Assembly: GCF_037042905.1 (NCBI RefSeq)
Contig: NC_087246.1
Coordinates: forward strand, 37,200,001 to 37,264,000
DNA length: 64,000 bases
Source: Lytechinus pictus
Taxonomy: Eukaryota
Direction of reading: 5' to 3'
Part shown: positions 1 to 13,537 of the stretch, one piece after another
Layout: each line of letters starts with the position of its first letter
Numbering within the stretch: the stretch's first letter is position 1
Notes under the pieces: model-generated
The model's input: the letters and a program-made list of their open reading frames with translations, nothing else
Databases searched by the model: none
What the model was told of the DNA's origin: nothing
Program-made: the position numbers and the translations under genes

Positions 1-3000
1 GAGAGTCCAGAGCAGAGCCCTCCTTTGTCTTCATAACATGGTTGCAGCAATGGAGCTGGAATCATTAGGTGGTCAACAAGCCCTGGCTTTGCTTCTAGAT
101 AAGCTCCTAGTCCTAGCAATGAATGAACCAGGTATACAATATAGTCTAATGTGGAATTTTTTCATGGTTTGTTGGTAAATTGCTGATTAATTTACACAAG
201 TTTCATAAATTAATAAATGACAAAATGGCAAACAAAAGCTGGAAATAAAAGGTAGAATGAAATGAGCCAAAAGCTAAATTGGAAATGAAGAAAAGGGACA
301 AGAGAAAAGAAGAGAAGAACTTAATAACACGTCCAGGATGCCGAGGAATGATAATATCAGGGATGCCACTTTTCCGTATTTATACGGAATTCCGGCTTTT
401 TTCCTGCCATCTGTCTTATTTCCGTATTTCCGACTTTTCCTGTTTTCTGTGTATTAAAAAAAACGGAAAGTCCTCCTTTTTTTCCCCCTATCTCTCCCGA
501 TTGCGATGCATGTCGATCGACCGAGTGAGAGATATTTCCCTGAGATATTTGCTTTTATACAGCACATAATTTATAAACGCGCGCACTGCCTACTACGTTC
601 ATTGAGTTATGCTTTTATCAAGGCTTTCTGATTAGAATTATCGATATCCTGGCCAATCAATGCGAGCGACAAGTTCCGAACGCACGCACATAGACAAGCG
701 CAAAGCAGCGGCACGAATCGTGGTATAATAGCGACTGGTAAATACGTCTGTAAAGATGATGACGTCATCCAAGATGGCAACTTACGATGACCAACGAAGG
801 AATCGAGGATGACTAAGTTTTGATCATCATTTGAAAGGGATTAGCGGTAACTGCGGTCTAAGGTACGATGTTTCTGAATTTTATATATTTTCTCGTGAGT
901 TTGGATGTAATTATTTTTTTATAATGTGACATTTTATGTTAAAAAAACGATCCGAAAATCGGGTTTCCGCTGAATGTTAGATCAAACGTTACTGCTGCAT
1001 GCTGATACGGAACCCAGGAACGCTTTCCGGGCCGGAGCTCCCTGGGTTAGCTGATCGTTGTCTTTATGTACGGGCCAACAACTCCAACAACTCTTCAGTC
1101 TATGTATTGGTGAGTGGAGCCAACGCGGTTCAGCTGAACAACCAAAATACAGAGACTGAAGCTTTTGGTCTAGCGTTCTATGAGAAACACACAACTACCG
1201 TCAGTTTTTAAAACCTAATTGACTTCAAAGTCATCGATCACAACAAGGTAAGAAGCCACTTGGTCCTCCCCCCCCCCTAAATTTGAAGTGGGGGCGGACC
1301 GGCCCCTCTCCTAATTTTTTTTTTTTTTTTTTTTTTTTGCTTGTTCAATTTTTTATCTGTGACATGTGTCCATCCCAAAATTTAAGGTGGACCCCCCTAA
1401 ATTTTGTTTTTCTTGGACACTGTCCCGGCCCGCGATAATTTTCAGTATTTTTGGAGGACACCTAGTGGCATCCCTGTAATATAGAATGGGAAGAAAGATG
1501 GATGGCATATAACATTGTGTATGAAGTCTATCATAAGCATGGTAAATTTTGTGCAATAACGGTCACAATCAGGACAAAGAAATCCTAAGCCAAAGGCTAG
1601 ACATATCCCCCTGTTATACGTTACATGTCCCTACCTAAGTAAAGCCTTACACTGGCAAGAGTTCTGTTTACTTTGGCTAAATTAATCTCCAAAGCTACCA
1701 GGGGCTCTGCCCCAGACCTCCTAAAGTAGGGGCTCTTCATCTGTAACCTTCTAAGGGCTCTATAACGGGCCCTCTGTGTTGACCCTTCCTGCATTAAGCT
1801 TTACGTTGAAGCACTGGCGTACGGGGGAGGGGGGCTTGGTTCCACAGCCAAAGGAAAATAAAAGAAAATAAAGGAGGCAACGAAATGAAATGAATTGAAA
1901 AAAAATGAAATGTGATATGTTATGTTATTTGCTGAATATAATGTAACTGAACATGTCAAAATGTGTTTCAAAATTAGATTCACATAAAAAGTGATTTTTG
2001 TTTCTCGCTCGCTCGGGACTTATATTAAGCAACTTTTTGCCACACGCCATACTGTGCCCCTCTTTTTTTTAAAAACTTGTCACGCAAGTGCCGCATAGTG
2101 CTTCGCCCTAATGCTCGCGCACAATCATTAAAAAATCCTGTTCACAGCTAGTGGCAAGTGACCGAGACAATAAAAAGAGAAAAGGGAATAGAGAAGGGTG
2201 AAATATGATATGTCAAAAACTATTTTTAAAAAATGGATTTTTGTCATTAAAAAAAATTTGTTTGCTCGCTCGCAACTATTTAATTTTTTAAAAATATTAT
2301 TATAAATTTTGCCCGATACGCCCTATCTGGTTCCCTCAAAATTTTTGCCTCATTATGCCACTGCTTGTTCATACTATCATATGACCAGGAAACTTACATT
2401 TGATTTCAAGATGGAGATATTTTACTGCAACCGTTCCCATTCACATGAAATGACATTTGGGATTACTTGTACTTTGGAATTCATCATTGACTACAAATTA
2501 TTCTTTCACATCATTTACATGTATGGAGTAATTGATTACTCGTTGTAATTGATTCTCCCGCTGTGAGAACAGTTTTCAGAACTGAAGTGGCTACCCTGGG
2601 TAAATATACCGTTAGTATTATTATATATTTTTTTTCCTAGTTCCAGTCGGTGGTGAATTGATAGAGGCCTTGACTAGTGCACTGAGAGCTGTCCTTCAGA
2701 AAATGGCTCAGAATAATTACATCCCAGAGGTAAATATTGAAATCCATATTGAATTGTTAGCAATGGATCATGCAGTTGTTATTAATATTTGTTCTGTTAC
2801 AAATATGTAATTAATTTTTTAGCTACAGTAAATCAATATAGACTTCTTGTTTCACATAACAGACCAGCAGTTGAGTGCAAATTGCAATTTATTTAAAGAA
2901 TTAAAGGACAAGTCCACCCCAACAAAAAGTTGATTTGAATAAAAAGAGAAAAATCAAACAAGCATAACACTGAAAATTTCATCAAAATCGGATGTAAAAT

Positions 3001-6000
3001 AAGAAAGTTATGACATTTCAAAGTTTCGCTTAATTTCACAAAACAGTTATATGCACATCCTGGTCGGTATGCAAATGAGGAGACTGATGACGTCATCCAC
3101 TCACTATTTCTTTTGTATTTTATTACATGAAATACAGTCCGACCTCTCTTATCCGGCCTCCCCTTATCCGGACGCACACTTGCCGATATATATATTTTTT
3201 TTCAATTCAATCTAGTACGTTGGAAAACGAGATTTCAATCTAAACTCAATCAATCCTACGCAAACTCACTTTGATTACATATATTTTCCAATATAGTCTA
3301 CCTACAACCACATTATTTTTCATGAAAATATCTCACCCAAATCACTGGAAAAATAATTTTCCAGTAAATCAGGATAGGTGCTGGTCCCAACGTGTCCGGA
3401 TAAGAGAGGTCGGACTGTATGAAATATTCTAATATCCTCATTGTCAAGTGAAACAACAATTAATTCCTCCCTGAACATGTAGTATTAGCATTGTTTAATA
3501 CGATACAGTTCAGTCAAGTTGGTGCGTATTGTCAAATCTGTAAAATATGAAATATTGTATAATTCGAACAATAAAAATCAAAAGAAATAGTGAGTGAAGG
3601 ACATCATTGTCTGTCTCATTTGAGTTTGAATTTGAGTTGTGCATATCTGATGTTTTGTGAAAAATAAGCGAAACTTTAAAATGTCATAACTTTCTTATTT
3701 TACATTCGATTTTGATGAAATTTTTAGCGTTATGCTAGTTTTATTTTTCTTTATTTATTCAAATCAACATTTTTATGGGGTGGACTTGACTTTTAATTTT
3801 GTTACTGACAATTGACTTGCAATTGATTTCAATTTTCTTGCACACTCTGTAAGCCTCATCTGGTTTCAACTGTTATCAATTCGATAGATTTACAATACAG
3901 TGCGCCATCTATTGGTTGCAGCGGACAGGCCAAAATTCTCAATGTATCATGGGAAAAGGTCTACATCTGTTGCGCGTGCTAGTGCTAAAGTGAATGCATG
4001 CATGCGATAATTCAGCACCAGCTGACGTGGCTGGACCGGACATGCTGTTTACTAGGGTCCAGGAGGAAGGAGAGGAATTTGCCCGCATATTTCTTTGCGA
4101 AATTTAGACCGTTTTTGGTGAATTTGTGCGCTGCCCGCGTCTGCACGCAATGTCGACCCCAAAGTTAGAAATGTGGCCTGTTCGCTGCAACCGATAGATG
4201 GCGCACTATATTGGTTCAGCATTATGCTTGTCTGATTTTTTCTTCACCATGAAAACCTTTAGAAGTTTCATGGTTCTAACTGGTATCCTGAAAAGAAACG
4301 TCAGGTTTTATCATTGTATTGAAGCTTTCTTTGTCTCTTTGTTTATCAGGCATTGACAGAGGTACACCTGACCAGGCTATGTTCATTTGGTGAGGCCAAC
4401 GCATCAAATAGAATCAAAGTAAACCTTGTAGGAGTGCTTGGTAGCATAGGTAGTGTCCTGGCTAAGAGAGATAGAACAGAAGAACTGCTCACGGTGAGTG
4501 AACTTCTCTCTTTCTTTTTGAGTGAGGCTATGTATTCAAACCTCTGCCACATTCAATTCCTCACAAAAAGGCATGAGCTAATGCATCTCCTTTTGCAACT
4601 TGTGTCACACATCTCTCTAATCTGGTATTTAAAGGAAGATTTTCATGTGTTTATGGGGAATTTGACATCATTCGGATATAAGTCACCCAGATTGGAATGA
4701 GATTTATGACCAGGCCCCATTACACAAAGGATAGCAATTAATCACTAATTTGAAAGATCAAATCTGATTGGTATCTCATCAGTCTACAGAGCAAAATGCA
4801 TGTGCAACATTAATCTTGATAGGCCAATACAGTTAGCGATTAATCGCTGACCATTGTGTTACGGGCCCCAGCAGACGTGATGGAATGCCACTGGAAATTA
4901 CCTTATGGTAAGTCAATATCTCCCTCCCTGGCCGGAGAGTTGCTGGAGGCTGAGCAGGCTTGGCCAAATAATTTCTTGCTGGTAGACCCAAGTTTTCTTG
5001 TCCCCAAAGATGTCTCTGTTACAGGTGTGTTCAATGCTTTTCATAAAGTCTGGGGTCAGCAAACATCCCACTCACCATGAAAGTTGTTGCCTATCTCTCT
5101 GTAATGATGAATATTCTGCTTTTATGTATTAAAAACAATGGCCGGTATTCTGAAGTCGGGTTTAACTTAGACCACGGTCTAACTCTGCTAAAATTGCGGG
5201 GAGCCAGAATAAAAAAATTATGTTTAATGTATATTTCTTATGTTTACTCTTTTGTTTCCTTTTGCTTTCATAATGAAGGAAAATACTTCAGCTATCATTC
5301 CCAGACAATTATGAACAAGTTGGGTGTCATATGAGTTTAATAAATGGAATGTGTAGTGTTAGGGATTTGTGCCCCAATTTGGCTCTCCATAGTTAAGCCA
5401 CAGCTTTAAACCAGGGTTTAATTTAAACCTGAGTTCAGAATACGGGCCAATGTCTCTTGAAGTGATTTATATAACTATTTGGTCATTTGATCCTGGCTTG
5501 TCTATCGGCATCACATACCTGATCTCCACTCCTTTGAGTAGTCAAGTCACTCATACTGCTTAGCCAACAACAGTAAAGATTGCATCATACCTGCTGGGTG
5601 TTTCATAAAGCTAGTCGTAACTTACGAATGACTTGACGCGCGACTGGTGACTCTTTCTCGTGGTACATGATTATCCCTATGTAGCTGACATAGCACCTAA
5701 GAATGTGTTCCAGTTGTGCGTAAAGACGTCTGTAACTTGACGAACAGCTTTATGAAACACGTACCAGGTACACATGGGGCCCATTTCACAAAGACTTGCA
5801 ACTATGGTAACTGGCATTATTGTAACTCCCATGAAATCCTTGATTGTGATTGACTGCTGAGTCCTGTTACCATGGTAATACCAGGATAATTACCCTAGTT
5901 TGAACTCTTTTATAAAACAGGCCTTAGGATAGAGATGGGTACGTGTGGATGAACATCTATTATATACAGGATATTGCTTTTTCATCTTTATAGGCTGTTG

Positions 6001-6738
6001 GAAACCAGCTGCTGGAAGTAGCCACTAAGGATGGGTCTCTGTGGGTAGCAGCAGAGGCCCTGGATGCAATCTTTGATACCTTTGGTGATGGAGTAATGGC
6101 CGATAGGGTGGCCATCGAACTAGGACTGACTGCCCGTCTGAAAGCCTTGGTGCCACAGCTCAAATCAAAGGTACAGGTAACTCTTTAGGGGACCACAGGA
6201 ATCTGTTCAATTTAGGTGAAATTTTACTGAGAAGATGTTATTATTACATGTTCTGCATTTTTCTCAAAATTGTGTTTCAAGTTGGTGATAATTCGACTTA
6301 TGGAAGTTTGATTTATGAAGAGTCTATTGTAGGTAGGTAGAAATGAAGACGTGAGAAAGATGAAAATGGTCATTGGTAGATTTCAGGGTCTTTTCATATT
6401 AATAGGGAAAATGTTATAATAAAAATGTGATCTTTAAATTGTTACTCCTAAGATGCCCTGATATTATATGACAATTGGCTCAAATTAGCTTTTGGTCGAA
6501 ATTTTGTAGTCCCACATAAGCATTTCTGTGTCTGTTTCCCCAGTCAGAATTCATATGAAAGAAATTCTCCCAATCATTAATCACCTTCTTCTTTCTGTTT
6601 TCTATTCAGTTACGGCAATGTAGAGGAACCTTGGGTGAACACTTGCCCATCATCATGAATGCAAGGACAAACCTAGGAAGGTTCATTAAGTATAAAGAGA
6701 ATCAAGAGCTTCTACTAGGCACCTATCCATCTGCTTAA
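1..6738 (+). CDS. HEATR3: HEAT repeat-containing protein 3, 3' part; exons <1-131, 2641-2729, 4350-4493, 5994-6170, 6610-6738
   Basis: GT-AG exons join in phase to give RVQSRALLCLHNMV...ELIEALTSALRAVLQKMA...IKVNLVGVLGSIGSVLAK...LLEVATKDGSLWVAAEALDAIFDTFGDG...NARTNLGRFIKYKE...SA*. This matches the HEATR3 C-terminus as I recall it. Stop TAA at 6736-6738; gene is 5'-truncated by the window edge. Confidence 0.93.
358..1476. mobile_element. Non-autonomous DNA transposon, 12-bp TIR, 6-bp TSD (hAT-like)
   Basis: CAGGGATGCCAC...GTGGCATCCCTG flanked by TAATAT on both sides; lies in a HEATR3 intron. Confidence 0.75.
2905..3792. mobile_element. Kolobok-like MITE family A with nested insertion
   Basis: TTAA|AGGACAAGTCCACCCC...GGGGTGGACTTGACTT|TTAA; long imperfect TIRs; four more copies in the window. 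Confidence 0.85.
3135..3417. mobile_element. pogo/Tigger-like MITE nested in the family A copy
   Basis: Perfect 22-bp TIR CAGTCCGACCTCTCTTATCCGG; TA TSD; absent from the other family A copies. Confidence 0.9.
3898..4208. mobile_element. TA-flanked MITE (Tc1/mariner-like)
   Basis: ~35-bp imperfect TIR CAGTGCGCCATCTATTGGTTGCAGCGGACAGGCCA / TGGCCTGTTCGCTGCAACCGATAGATGGCGCACTA. Confidence 0.75.
5140..5448. mobile_element. Harbinger-like MITE
   Basis: GGCCGGTATTCTGAA...TTCAGAATACGGGCC with 3-bp TSD AAT. A related copy at ~40374-40832 carries a nested palindromic MITE. Confidence 0.75.
5594..5764. mobile_element. Short palindromic MITE (second copy 15294-15469)
   Basis: GGGTGTTTCATAAAGCT...AGCTTTATGAAACAC termini shared with 15294-15469. 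Confidence 0.7.
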
Positions 6739-7841
6739 ACCAGTCACAGCTTCCCTCAATCAGTTCTTCAGTCTTCCCTGCCCCCTCCCAACCCTTCCCC
6801 ACTTCTCATACTTGTGCTTTCCTCATTGTTTTTGCCCACTTTCATTCCTTTTCTTCATTTTCTTCCTCAAATCAACAGTTTACAAACTTTATATCCCCTT
6901 GAGGGTAGTGTCTTATAAAGCAAATTGTCTCTCACTGACCAATTTGTTCTGAGCCAATCAGATACAAGGATTTCAGTAGCTTATAACAGTTGTCAGTAAA
7001 AAAATCACTGACATATTTGCAGCATGAAATGCTCACTTGTACTTTTTCACCTTACCTTATTGGATTCCTCTTTGAAACCTTTCTCCTTTTGTCACTCTTC
7101 TTTTCATCATTTCATCATTTTCATCCCTCTTTATTTTCCTGTCATCTTTTAATCACCATCTATAAGTTAAATACCGCTGTACCACTTCCTATCATTATAT
7201 CTGTTTGGATTATCCTTTGAGTGTGTAAATAAGCAATATTTATTGTAAATATGAATAGTAAAGAGAAATATATTTTAACTTTTCTCATTGCCAAACAGAA
7301 GCTTCCCGAGTTAGTCTTATGCAGGCTTTATTCTTCCGTGTATAAATATATTTGTGAGATCATTATTGTAAATAATTTATGCAGAAGAATCCAAGTAGTA
7401 TTGAGAATGTGAGCTGGGGGGAGGGTTTGCTTCATAAAAAAGCTTGCATAAAATCATGCATACTTTTAATGATGTTGAATATAGAAGCCAAGCTGAAATT
7501 TGATTTTTTTTCAATTATTGAATCTGATCTGCCAGTCATGAAATATGCAGGGATACATGTTGATTGATATTTGTTAATGATTCACAGGCATTGATAATAC
7601 ATGGTGTATTTTGGGCCACAATCTGAATGGGATAATTGAAAATATGTTGTATTTTTGTTCCTTTAAAAACTTGAGGAATCTCATTTTATAGAATTTTGTA
7701 TTCAAGTCTTGAATAAAGTCAGGCTTAACATTAGGAACATCTGTATAAATTGTCTTTAAGGCCCACTCACTCACGGCATAACATAGCTTAGCTATATTTT
7801 GGGTTCAAATTCAATGATATATTTGTAATATATATTGTTAA

Positions 7842-8435
7842 AGGGGTGGTCCGGGCTGAAAATATTTATATCTAAATAAAAAGAGTAAAATTCATAGAGG
7901 AAAATGCTGAAAATTTCATCAAAATCAGATAACAAATAACGAAGTTATTAAATTTTAAAGTTTATAAATATTTTGTGAAAACAGTTACATGCACATCGTC
8001 ATGAATATTCATTAGGTGGGCTGATGTCATATCCCCACTTTCCTTTTTCATATGTTATTACTTGAAATCATAAATGTTTCATTTTTTCATACATGTGTAA
8101 ATGATGCGTCTCTACTATGATGAAATAAGTCACGGCAGTAAATTACCAATGCACTTAATCAGTTGTCAGTCCAATTGTTTTCGTTCTTGGTACAAAAATT
8201 TTGAATAAACCTAATTTCATATAATAAAATACAAAAGAACAAGTGGGGATATGACATCATCAGCCCACCTAATGAATATTCATAAAGACAAGCCGAGAAT
8301 TGTTTCACCGGAATAATGCAAATCTTTAAAATTCAATAACTTTGTTATCCGATTTTGATCAAATTTTTAGCATTTTGCTTTGTGAATTTTACTCTATTTA
8401 TTGAGATATAAATATCTCCAGCCTGGAGTATCCCT
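7842..8435. mobile_element. Kolobok-like MITE family B
   Basis: TTAA|AGGGG...CCCT|TTAA with long TIRs; homologous to 27806-28354. Confidence 0.8.
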
Positions 8436-9043
8436 TTAACATATATCTGAACACCATATACAATGTTGCTGAGCTTTGTCATATCTTGATGGGGTTTTTG
8501 GTTTATGTATTTGTTATTTCATTACAGCAAAAGAATGTCCTTCAATTGAATATACAATGTCAATATTGTACATACATATATTTTAATTTCAGGTATTTTA
8601 AATTTTTACCATTTTCAGCATACAGGACTTAAGTTTTTATTGGTTTTGAGCTTGCTTTAATGGCTATTTACAGAAGTGAATATTTTAATGGTGGTGGAGT
8701 TCACTTGTGAAAAATCACAAAAATGAAACCACGCTTAAGTTTTAGTATTGCATTAAGATTAAGAGATTTGCTATTATGTGAATGAATCTTAGGGCATGAG
8801 ATGTCATGTGGAAAATCCATATTACTTTGAGAATGCTATTGCGAATTATAAGTTAATTGATGATTATGAGGTGTAAAGTCTAATTCTAATTAGTACTGAC
8901 CTATAGGTTTGCCTAAGTCAAATCTATTTTATCCACAGATGTCAGTTTAACTTGGAGAGATTCAACCTAAAGAGGTATTTAAAGTTTTACATAATGCACA
9001 AGTTTACATGTAGTTTTAATTTTGTGTGAATTAGTGATACTTA

Positions 9044-9759
9044 TGCCCGGTTGACACTTGCACGCATTGTGGTGCCCGCATTGCCCCGCATTGATGCGTG
9101 CCAGTGCGGGACACTTTATGGCACGACTTGGCTATATCAGTTCACGCAATGTCCCGACACGTTCACGACATGTTTGTGCATTGTTTGCGCATAGTTCGCG
9201 CATAGTTCACGCAGTGTTCACGCACTGTCCCGACGTGCTTTCAGCAAATATTCTCGACACCCTATTTCTGTGACGTATCTAGCGCAAATTTAAATATTCA
9301 ACGTTCTGGTGTTGACACCCTCTACGTTCGTTGATTAGAACGACTCACATTGATCACGTGGTCTGCACTCACAATTTTGCGCATGTCATTCGCGAACTAT
9401 GCGTGAAGTATGCTTGACCTATGCGCAAAGTATGCGCGACCCTGTCGTGAACTAGTCGCGAACTGCGTGCCACTACCCCGGGGGTGGGGTACCCACTGTT
9501 TTTACGCCACGCACTGGCACGCATTGGCACGACTTGTTTGCGCATAGTTTGCGCACAGTTCACGCACTGGTGCAATGCGGGAAGTGCGTGGCAAAATTTT
9601 CAACATGTTGAAAATTTTTTTTCGCTCTTCACGCATTGCTGCGCATTGCCGCTCATCGTCCCGCCCCTTCCCGCAAGTGTCGAAGCATTGGCACGCATGA
9701 CGCAATATCAGTGCGTGAACTATGCGGGAACCGAAAATCGTGAAAGTGTCAACTAGGCA
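9044..9759. mobile_element. PIF/Harbinger-like MITE with GC-rich internal ~11-bp degenerate repeats
   Basis: TIR TGCCCGGTTGACACTT / AAGTGTCAACTAGGCA; TTA TSD; reiterated CACGCA/CGCATAGTT units inside. Confidence 0.85.
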
Positions 9760-12700
9760 TTAGACTGCCACGATGACGATCATTTCCTCTGGCTTTGAAA
9801 TTTGTTAAACCGTTTGTGAAATAGTGACCACATTTTCTGATTTTGCACAACAACTGTTAATGTACTTGTACGTGTAGAGTTATAGGGGTCATACAAAGTG
9901 AATAGAGAAAGGGTAAGAAAATCTCAACACAGAGTGTGCCCATTTTGTCACATTAGCAGGTTTTGTTCAATGTTAACAAAAAATAATAATCACGATAATG
10001 ACTAAAATCCCTAAGTTGGCAAGGTGATAGGAAAAATCATCATTGTTCATCCATGCCTATTGGCAAATATTTAATACATTAACATATTATTTATTAATAC
10101 ATATATCTTGTACATGTACTTAACTTGAAAATGAATAATGTGGCAATGCAAGAAATATAGTCCTGCCAATTTGAAGATTAAAAGTTGATCAAATAAGGAT
10201 TCCAGTATATCATTGACAAAAAAGGGTAGAAGTATAAATAGCTCATGTCAAATTTGCAGGTTTGTCTTTGTTATCATGTAACCATATCATTAATTTGATT
10301 TTGTCTGTTCCCCAATGCCTCAATTGCCTTAATTATGAAATGGCTACCAGTATCAAAGGGAGTAAAATTCAGACTTTATTATCATACATACAAGTGAATT
10401 GATAAACAATTAGACTCTTGTATTGATTCTATGATTGGCAAATATTCTTATTTGAATGATATGAACAAATCATGAAAAAGGTGAATTTTAAATAAATTTC
10501 TTCAATATTTATGTGTATAGTAATCTTCACAAGTCAGTTAATGTTTGTAAAACTGAGGGACTTGTATGGATAATAGTACACTCGTAGATGGTGAAGTTGC
10601 TGTAATGAGTTTGGAAAGTAATGCAAACTTTTACGAAGTCTTCTGATGGCTGTATAGATGTTCAATTACTTTATCCTAGGATTCACAAACAAGAAAAATC
10701 ATGAATGATACCACATCTTTATTGTGTAACCCATTGCAAAAGTCTCAACTAAATGTGATTCTAATGGTGTTCAAAATTGCAATTACTGCTTTTTACATTT
10801 GGCAGAATGTGGAGTTTTGCCTACAAGTGAATCCTTTTAGAATTTTTCTTAAGCAGTAAATGTTGACAAAGGCAGTACTGCTGGAGAGCAGTAGTTTACA
10901 GGGTCTTTTTACTGCCTGAGAAAATTATTATGATCATAATGATAGTACTCCGAGAGATTTTGATTGTTTAAACCGTTCCAAAGAGGGTGCCCAGGGCCCC
11001 GTAACATAATGCTTAGCGATTGATTATGTGGCTAATTTCTACAATTGATTGAATTGAGTATTTGGTATGATCAATCGCAGAAGTCGGCCCCATGATCAAT
11101 CGCCAAGCATTATATCACTGGACCCAGGCCATCTAGAATTATGTGATTATATACATATATACTTTTTATCATTTCAAAATCCATCCTCAAATTTTATGTT
11201 GTGTTGGTGTGTCAGTGTGAAACCTGTTGGAAGGACTAGCCACTAGGCAAAAAGCAGGCTATGTACTTCCAAACAGCCAAAGATAAGGTGAGTGTTGGCT
11301 CATAAATAGCTTTTAATGTGTCATCTAATCCACCTGCAAGTTTCACAATAATGCGCATAAGAGAGAGAGAGAACATTTACTGGTATGTTGATGTATATAT
11401 ATATATAATGTAAATGGATTTTCGAATAAAGTGTATAAAAACATCTTTGCTCTTATAATTTATGTTTGCTTTTTTTTTTTTTTTGGGGGGGGGGGCTTGT
11501 GTTACAACATCAAGCAGAGAAGTTTGCATTACATAATTAATTGCCTCAAGCAAATGTGAATAAAGAGGATATAAATACAAGATACAAGAAGTGAAATGGG
11601 TAATGTTAGTAATCGGTATTCCCTTTAGAGGTGATGGTGTGAAAAGTTTAACATACGAGATGGAAAATGTGATTTCACCCTTTTTAAGTGCCATCACGAA
11701 TCAACTACGTAGCGAGTCGGGAGGGGGGGGGGCAATGCCAACTGACCTGGGTCCTTTCTTCACACACACACACACACAAACCCCTGAAAAATAGAAGCTC
11801 TTTCTTATTTAATCAAGTCATTTACAAAAAGTACATGTACAAACAAAACAACCAAATAAAGCAATTTTCTTTCAAGTCAAACTTGTCCAATTTTCATGTA
11901 CTGCCCAATATTGCAAATGTGTTTTCCTCATTCTGCATACTGTACATAATCATATATCTAATAAAACTATCTGACATAATATTAACATCTTATTGTACAC
12001 TTTCCTTACATTATGATATTTGTGTTTGCATATGATTAGATCATGGAAGAAACTTATGATTATAAAATCAAGAAATTTTGAGAGGCTGGCACTAGGGGAG
12101 TGTTTTATCAACATTTTCACCAGACAAGTTGTCAGATCTGACAATTTCTTCTTGATTGTCTGAGAAACACTCTATGGTTACTATCTGATAAAACAGGACT
12201 TGTCGGATGACACATTTGACAGGTCCTTTCATAAAACGTTCCAAGGGACACCTCCCACTAATATAAACAAAATATCCCACCAAAGTACTAGTGGATAGCT
12301 TCTAGATCTATAATCTTGTAACTTGCTCTTATCGTCACTAAAGAAGTTCAAATCCAACTGAAGTCTTTTCTTTTTAACATGAACAGTGCTTGGCATTGTG
12401 ACACTAATCCAAACTTTCTGCTTTCTATACAAATTTTCTCGTGCTTCTCAAAATAAAATGTTTAGATAGACGGCGCTATATAACTAGTATTACAAATAAC
12501 AAATGAGTGAAAACAGCTTTCAGCTATCACATGCATACAGTAGTACTGATCATAACAAAACCTATCCAGTGAGAAATCACTGATAAAACTGCTTCATAGG
12601 GTCCTTGGTTGAAGCATCCATCCAAAAATGCAATGATAATCGAATTTTGAAAGTCAAGTAACACAAAATATACAATTCATTGTTCAAGTAAGCAGTTCTT

Positions 12701-13209
12701 TAAGTCTATAGGAAACTATGAATAAAAAGTTCCAATTACCTGTTAATATATCTCTCTTTTACATCCCTCAATGTTACACCTTAATCTATTTATTGTTCTC
12801 TGGTTGATTGATTTTCTTTTTCATAATGTTTACAAAAAGCTTGAGGATTCCGAGCATTTGACATATAATGTTTTACAATTACAAAAGGGAATCATATCGC
12901 CCCATGAGTATTTTCAATCCACTATTATAACTCGACTTTTCTTCACGTTTACCTCGAGGGCTAAATACCGACTACATAAACATAGTAGCTCAGCAGTTTG
13001 TGTTCAGAACTAAAAGTGATTTCTTTCATTAGTTCTATCTTGCACTACAGTGATTACAACCAGAACCACTGGTATTGAATTTTGGTCCTTGGTGAAAGCT
13101 ATTTTGGATACCAATGGCATCAACTATCTGACACTCATTGGGGCTGTTTCATGAATTTGTTTGTAAGTTACCCACAAGTTAGGCACAGATATCTCAAGAT
13201 ACCCTACAC

Positions 13210-13406
13210 TGGAGCTGCTAATTAGTAGGATTTTATCCTATTCAGTAGGATGATGAAAGGGACACTAAAAATGATTTTTACCCTAGAGATAGGATTTTTG
13301 AAACTTGCAATGTGCTTTTCAAAATTTTAAAGAAAAGTAGGATTTGAGGCTTGAAAATAGCATTAAAAACATAGAATTTTTTTTACAATTTAGGTTGGCA
13401 GCTCTG
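13210..13406. mobile_element. ~200-bp MITE, CAGAGYTGCC-type termini, near 6-bp TSD
   Basis: Homologous to 29406-29626; flanks CTACAC/CCACAC. Confidence 0.7.
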
Positions 13407-13537
13407 CCACACTGTTTTTTAACATATCATGAAATATTGAAGTCTAATCTCGTGGCACCTCATACTCTAGTCGTTTGAAAAAGTCCATCTTAACCAACAC
13501 ACAACTTCATAAAACACCCCTAGAAGTACTCTCATTT

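Noticed and set aside
9058-9756. Overlapping Cys/His/Arg-rich ORFs on both strands
   Set aside because: They arise from GC-rich internal repeats of a TIR element; no protein family signature.
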